A stretch of DNA of 64,000 nt from Bacteroidaceae bacterium (GTDB lineage: Bacteria; Bacteroidota; Bacteroidia; Bacteroidales; Bacteroidaceae): the NCBI GenBank assembly GCA_045591315.1, contig JAZNSN010000026.1, forward strand, positions 48,170 to 112,169, read 5' to 3'. Made by a program: the position numbers and the translations under genes. The notes beneath the pieces were generated by a model. It had not been told where the DNA came from. It ran no database searches and was given only the letters and a program-made list of their open reading frames with translations. Positions 62,089 to 64,000 of this stretch are shown piece by piece. Within the stretch, counting starts at the first letter, position 1. The number at the start of each line of letters is the position of its first letter.

Positions 62089-63687
62089 ATGATACATGAA
62101 TTTCAGATAAGAGTGCAGCCGCACGAGGTTGCCAACGAGCAATCGCTTATGCGTTACATTGCGCATGAAAAGGGTATGGATGTGCGCACGATAAGTGCAG
62201 TGCGTGTATTGCGCCGCAGCATCGATGCACGTCAGCGTGTCATATACATAAATCTTTCAGTGCGTGTCTTTGTCAATGAGATTCCATCGGAGGAAGAATA
62301 TGTCAGCCGCAATTACGGGAATGTCGAAGGCAAGCCGGCTGTGGTTGTTGTAGGCGCAGGTCCTGCCGGGCTTTTTGCAGCCTTGAAGCTTATAGAGAAC
62401 GGCTTGCGCCCCATTGTCGTGGAGCGAGGGCGTGATGTGCGCACCCGCAAGGTTGACCTGGCATCCATTGCACGTACACACAAGGTGAATCCCGAATCGA
62501 ACTACTGTTTCGGTGAGGGTGGGGCAGGTGCATACTCCGACGGCAAGCTATATACCCGAAGCAAGAAACGCGGCAGCATCGAGGGTGTCCTAAATGTCTT
62601 CTGCCAGCATGGTGCAAGCCCTACGATACTGGCCGATGCGCATCCACATATAGGAACAGACAAGCTCCCTCGTGTCATTGAGAATATCCGCAACAGGATA
62701 ATAGAGTGTGGCGGAGAGGTCCGTTTCGAGACACGTATGGAAGAACTGCTTGTGAGGAACGGACGCATAGAGGGAGTTCGCACCGACAAAGGCGAAATTC
62801 TCGCCCCTGCCGTTATTCTCGCTACAGGACATTCGGCAAAGGATGTTTATCGTTGGCTGCATAGCCACGATATTGCCATTGAAGCAAAAGGTTTCGCGGT
62901 GGGAGTGCGTCTTGAACACCCGTCTGAACTTATAGACTGTATTCAGTACCATTCTCCCAAGGGCCGTGGCAAATATCTGCCTGCAGCGGAATACAGCTTC
63001 ACGACTCAGGTCGATGGCAGGGGGGTATATAGCTTCTGCATGTGTCCCGGCGGTGTTGTCATTCCGTCGGCCTCATCATCGAAGGAACTTCTTGTAAACG
63101 GCATGTCTCCTTCGCACAGAGGCGGTGCATGGAGCAATTCGGGAATGGTAGTTCAGGTGAATCCCGAAGATGTGCTTTTGCCCGACATGCAAATCGACTG
63201 CGAGGATATTGAGGCTGTTTCTCCCGGTTCTCCGTTGCGTGTAATGAATTTTCAGGAGCGTCTCGAACGCCTTTGCTGGGTAATGGGCAACCATAGGCAG
63301 ACAGCACCTGCGCAGCGCATGACCGACTTTGTGCGTGGCAAGCTGAGCTACGACCTTCCGCGCAGTTCCTATGCTCCGGGGCTCATCTCGTCTCCGCTTC
63401 ACTTCTGGCTACCCAAGTTCGTTTCGAACCGTCTTAAGCAGGGCTTTGAACATTTCGGGCGCACTTCACGCGGTTTTCTTACAAGCGAGGCCACGATGAT
63501 AGGCGTAGAGACACGCACCTCTTCACCGGTACGTATATTACGCGACAATGAAACCCTGCAGCATGTAGGGATAGAGGGACTCTTCCCCTGCGGCGAGGGT
63601 GCCGGATATGCCGGCGGTATCGTGTCGGCAGCTGTCGATGGCGAGCGTTGTGCCCAGTCGGCATGCGACTATATCAACCGTTGCTGA
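62089..63687 (+). CDS. NAD(P)/FAD-dependent oxidoreductase (COG2509-type uncharacterised FAD protein)
   Basis: It has the dinucleotide-binding motif VVVGAGPAGLFAALKL, the motif GEGGAGAYSDGKL, and a C-terminal GEGAGYAGGI. Length is 532 aa. Confidence 0.75.
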   Translation: MIHEFQIRVQPHEVANEQSLMRYIAHEKGMDVRTISAVRVLRRSIDARQRVIYINLSVRVFVNEIPSEEEYVSRNYGNVEGKPAVVVVGAGPAGLFAALKLIENGLRPIVVERGRDVRTRKVDLASIARTHKVNPESNYCFGEGGAGAYSDGKLYTRSKKRGSIEGVLNVFCQHGASPTILADAHPHIGTDKLPRVIENIRNRIIECGGEVRFETRMEELLVRNGRIEGVRTDKGEILAPAVILATGHSAKDVYRWLHSHDIAIEAKGFAVGVRLEHPSELIDCIQYHSPKGRGKYLPAAEYSFTTQVDGRGVYSFCMCPGGVVIPSASSSKELLVNGMSPSHRGGAWSNSGMVVQVNPEDVLLPDMQIDCEDIEAVSPGSPLRVMNFQERLERLCWVMGNHRQTAPAQRMTDFVRGKLSYDLPRSSYAPGLISSPLHFWLPKFVSNRLKQGFEHFGRTSRGFLTSEATMIGVETRTSSPVRILRDNETLQHVGIEGLFPCGEGAGYAGGIVSAAVDGERCAQSACDYINRC

Positions 63688-63701
63688 GACAATACAGATG
63701 C

Positions 63702-63746
63702 ATAAGAATAGCAGAGAGTGCACCGTGCACTCTCTGCTATTCTTAT
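63702..63746. terminator. Bidirectional terminator between convergent genes
   Basis: The near-perfect long inverted repeat ataagaatagcagagagtgcac / gtgcactctctgctattcttat is present. Confidence 0.75.
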
Positions 63747-63757
63747 GGTATGCCGGA

Positions 63758-64000
63758 TTATTCCAATATCCAGCTGCTCAGTATCTCCATTTCACACTCC
63801 GGAACAATTTCCAATCCGGTTTCAGTTGCCGGGACCAGGATGCTTTCGCCTTGTCGTATGGCAACACTGTTCCCGTCGCTTCCGGTAACGGTTCCGTAGC
63901 CCTTGGTGCATATAAGAATCACGAATGAGTCGAGCTCTGCAAGCTCCATTCCGTATGGTTTTGTAAGCTTCAGGAGCGATGTCGTGAAGTATCGGCACGA
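63758..64000 (-). CDS. manA: Class I mannose-6-phosphate isomerase, C-terminal part (5' end outside the window)
   Basis: The frame stays open to the window edge (...SCRYFTTSLLKLTKPYGMELAELDSFVILICTKGYGTV...). This cupin C-terminal pattern is typical of type I PMI. Confidence 0.6.
   Translation of the reverse strand, partial: SCRYFTTSLLKLTKPYGMELAELDSFVILICTKGYGTVTGSDGNSVAIRQGESILVPATETGLEIVPECEMEILSSWILE

Noticed and set aside
1-64000. I searched for CRISPR arrays, rRNA genes, IS elements, transposases, integrases, and toxin-antitoxin or restriction-modification genes.
   Set aside because: None was recognised by eye: there are no regularly spaced repeats, no DDE, tyrosine or serine recombinase motifs, and no methyltransferase motifs. 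A computational repeat search could still reveal dispersed short repeats that I cannot detect manually.

Overview
This is a densely coding chromosomal segment from a Bacteroidales (Bacteroidota) genome: 49 CDS, one tRNA-Pro(GGG), and no rRNA, CRISPR array, transposase or integrase. The taxonomic call rests on several features read from the sequence. These are a SusC/SusD pair, a PorX response regulator next to a PorW/SprE-like TPR lipoprotein, a T9SS C-terminal sorting domain on a giant secreted protein, a MurF-Alr fusion, a class-3 FBPase, a meso-DAP dehydrogenase, lipobox signal peptides, and recurrent TAnnTTTG / TAtCTTcG -7 promoter boxes 20-70 nt upstream of start codons. Most genes are housekeeping: pnp, greA, dxs, trkAH, rpoN, fbp, purE, ispG, thrA, menA, radA, pyrC, ddh and plsC. 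There are three accessory-looking spots. (1) At 44.4-46.3 kb, a two-gene ABC-ATPase + DUF4435/Toprim-like module of the PARIS/OLD class sits on the opposite strand between trkH and a kinase gene; it is the best candidate for a defence system and has an unusually short ATPase. (2) At 16.7-21.8 kb, a 1567-aa T9SS cargo combines discoidin-like modules, a CotH kinase-like domain, dockerin repeats and a cohesin-like module. (3) At 58.1-59.1 kb, there is an orphan 335-aa protein with an HTH-like C-terminus. The non-coding candidates are a terminator-like hairpin inside a 146-nt greA leader, a 470-bp intergenic region with an orphan promoter and two terminator-like structures, and a GC-rich promoter-to-T-run unit upstream of dxs. 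A 54-aa rubredoxin gene is missing from the ORF track, and about nine ORF-track starts appear too far upstream. All family assignments come from motif reading by eye; no database search was run.
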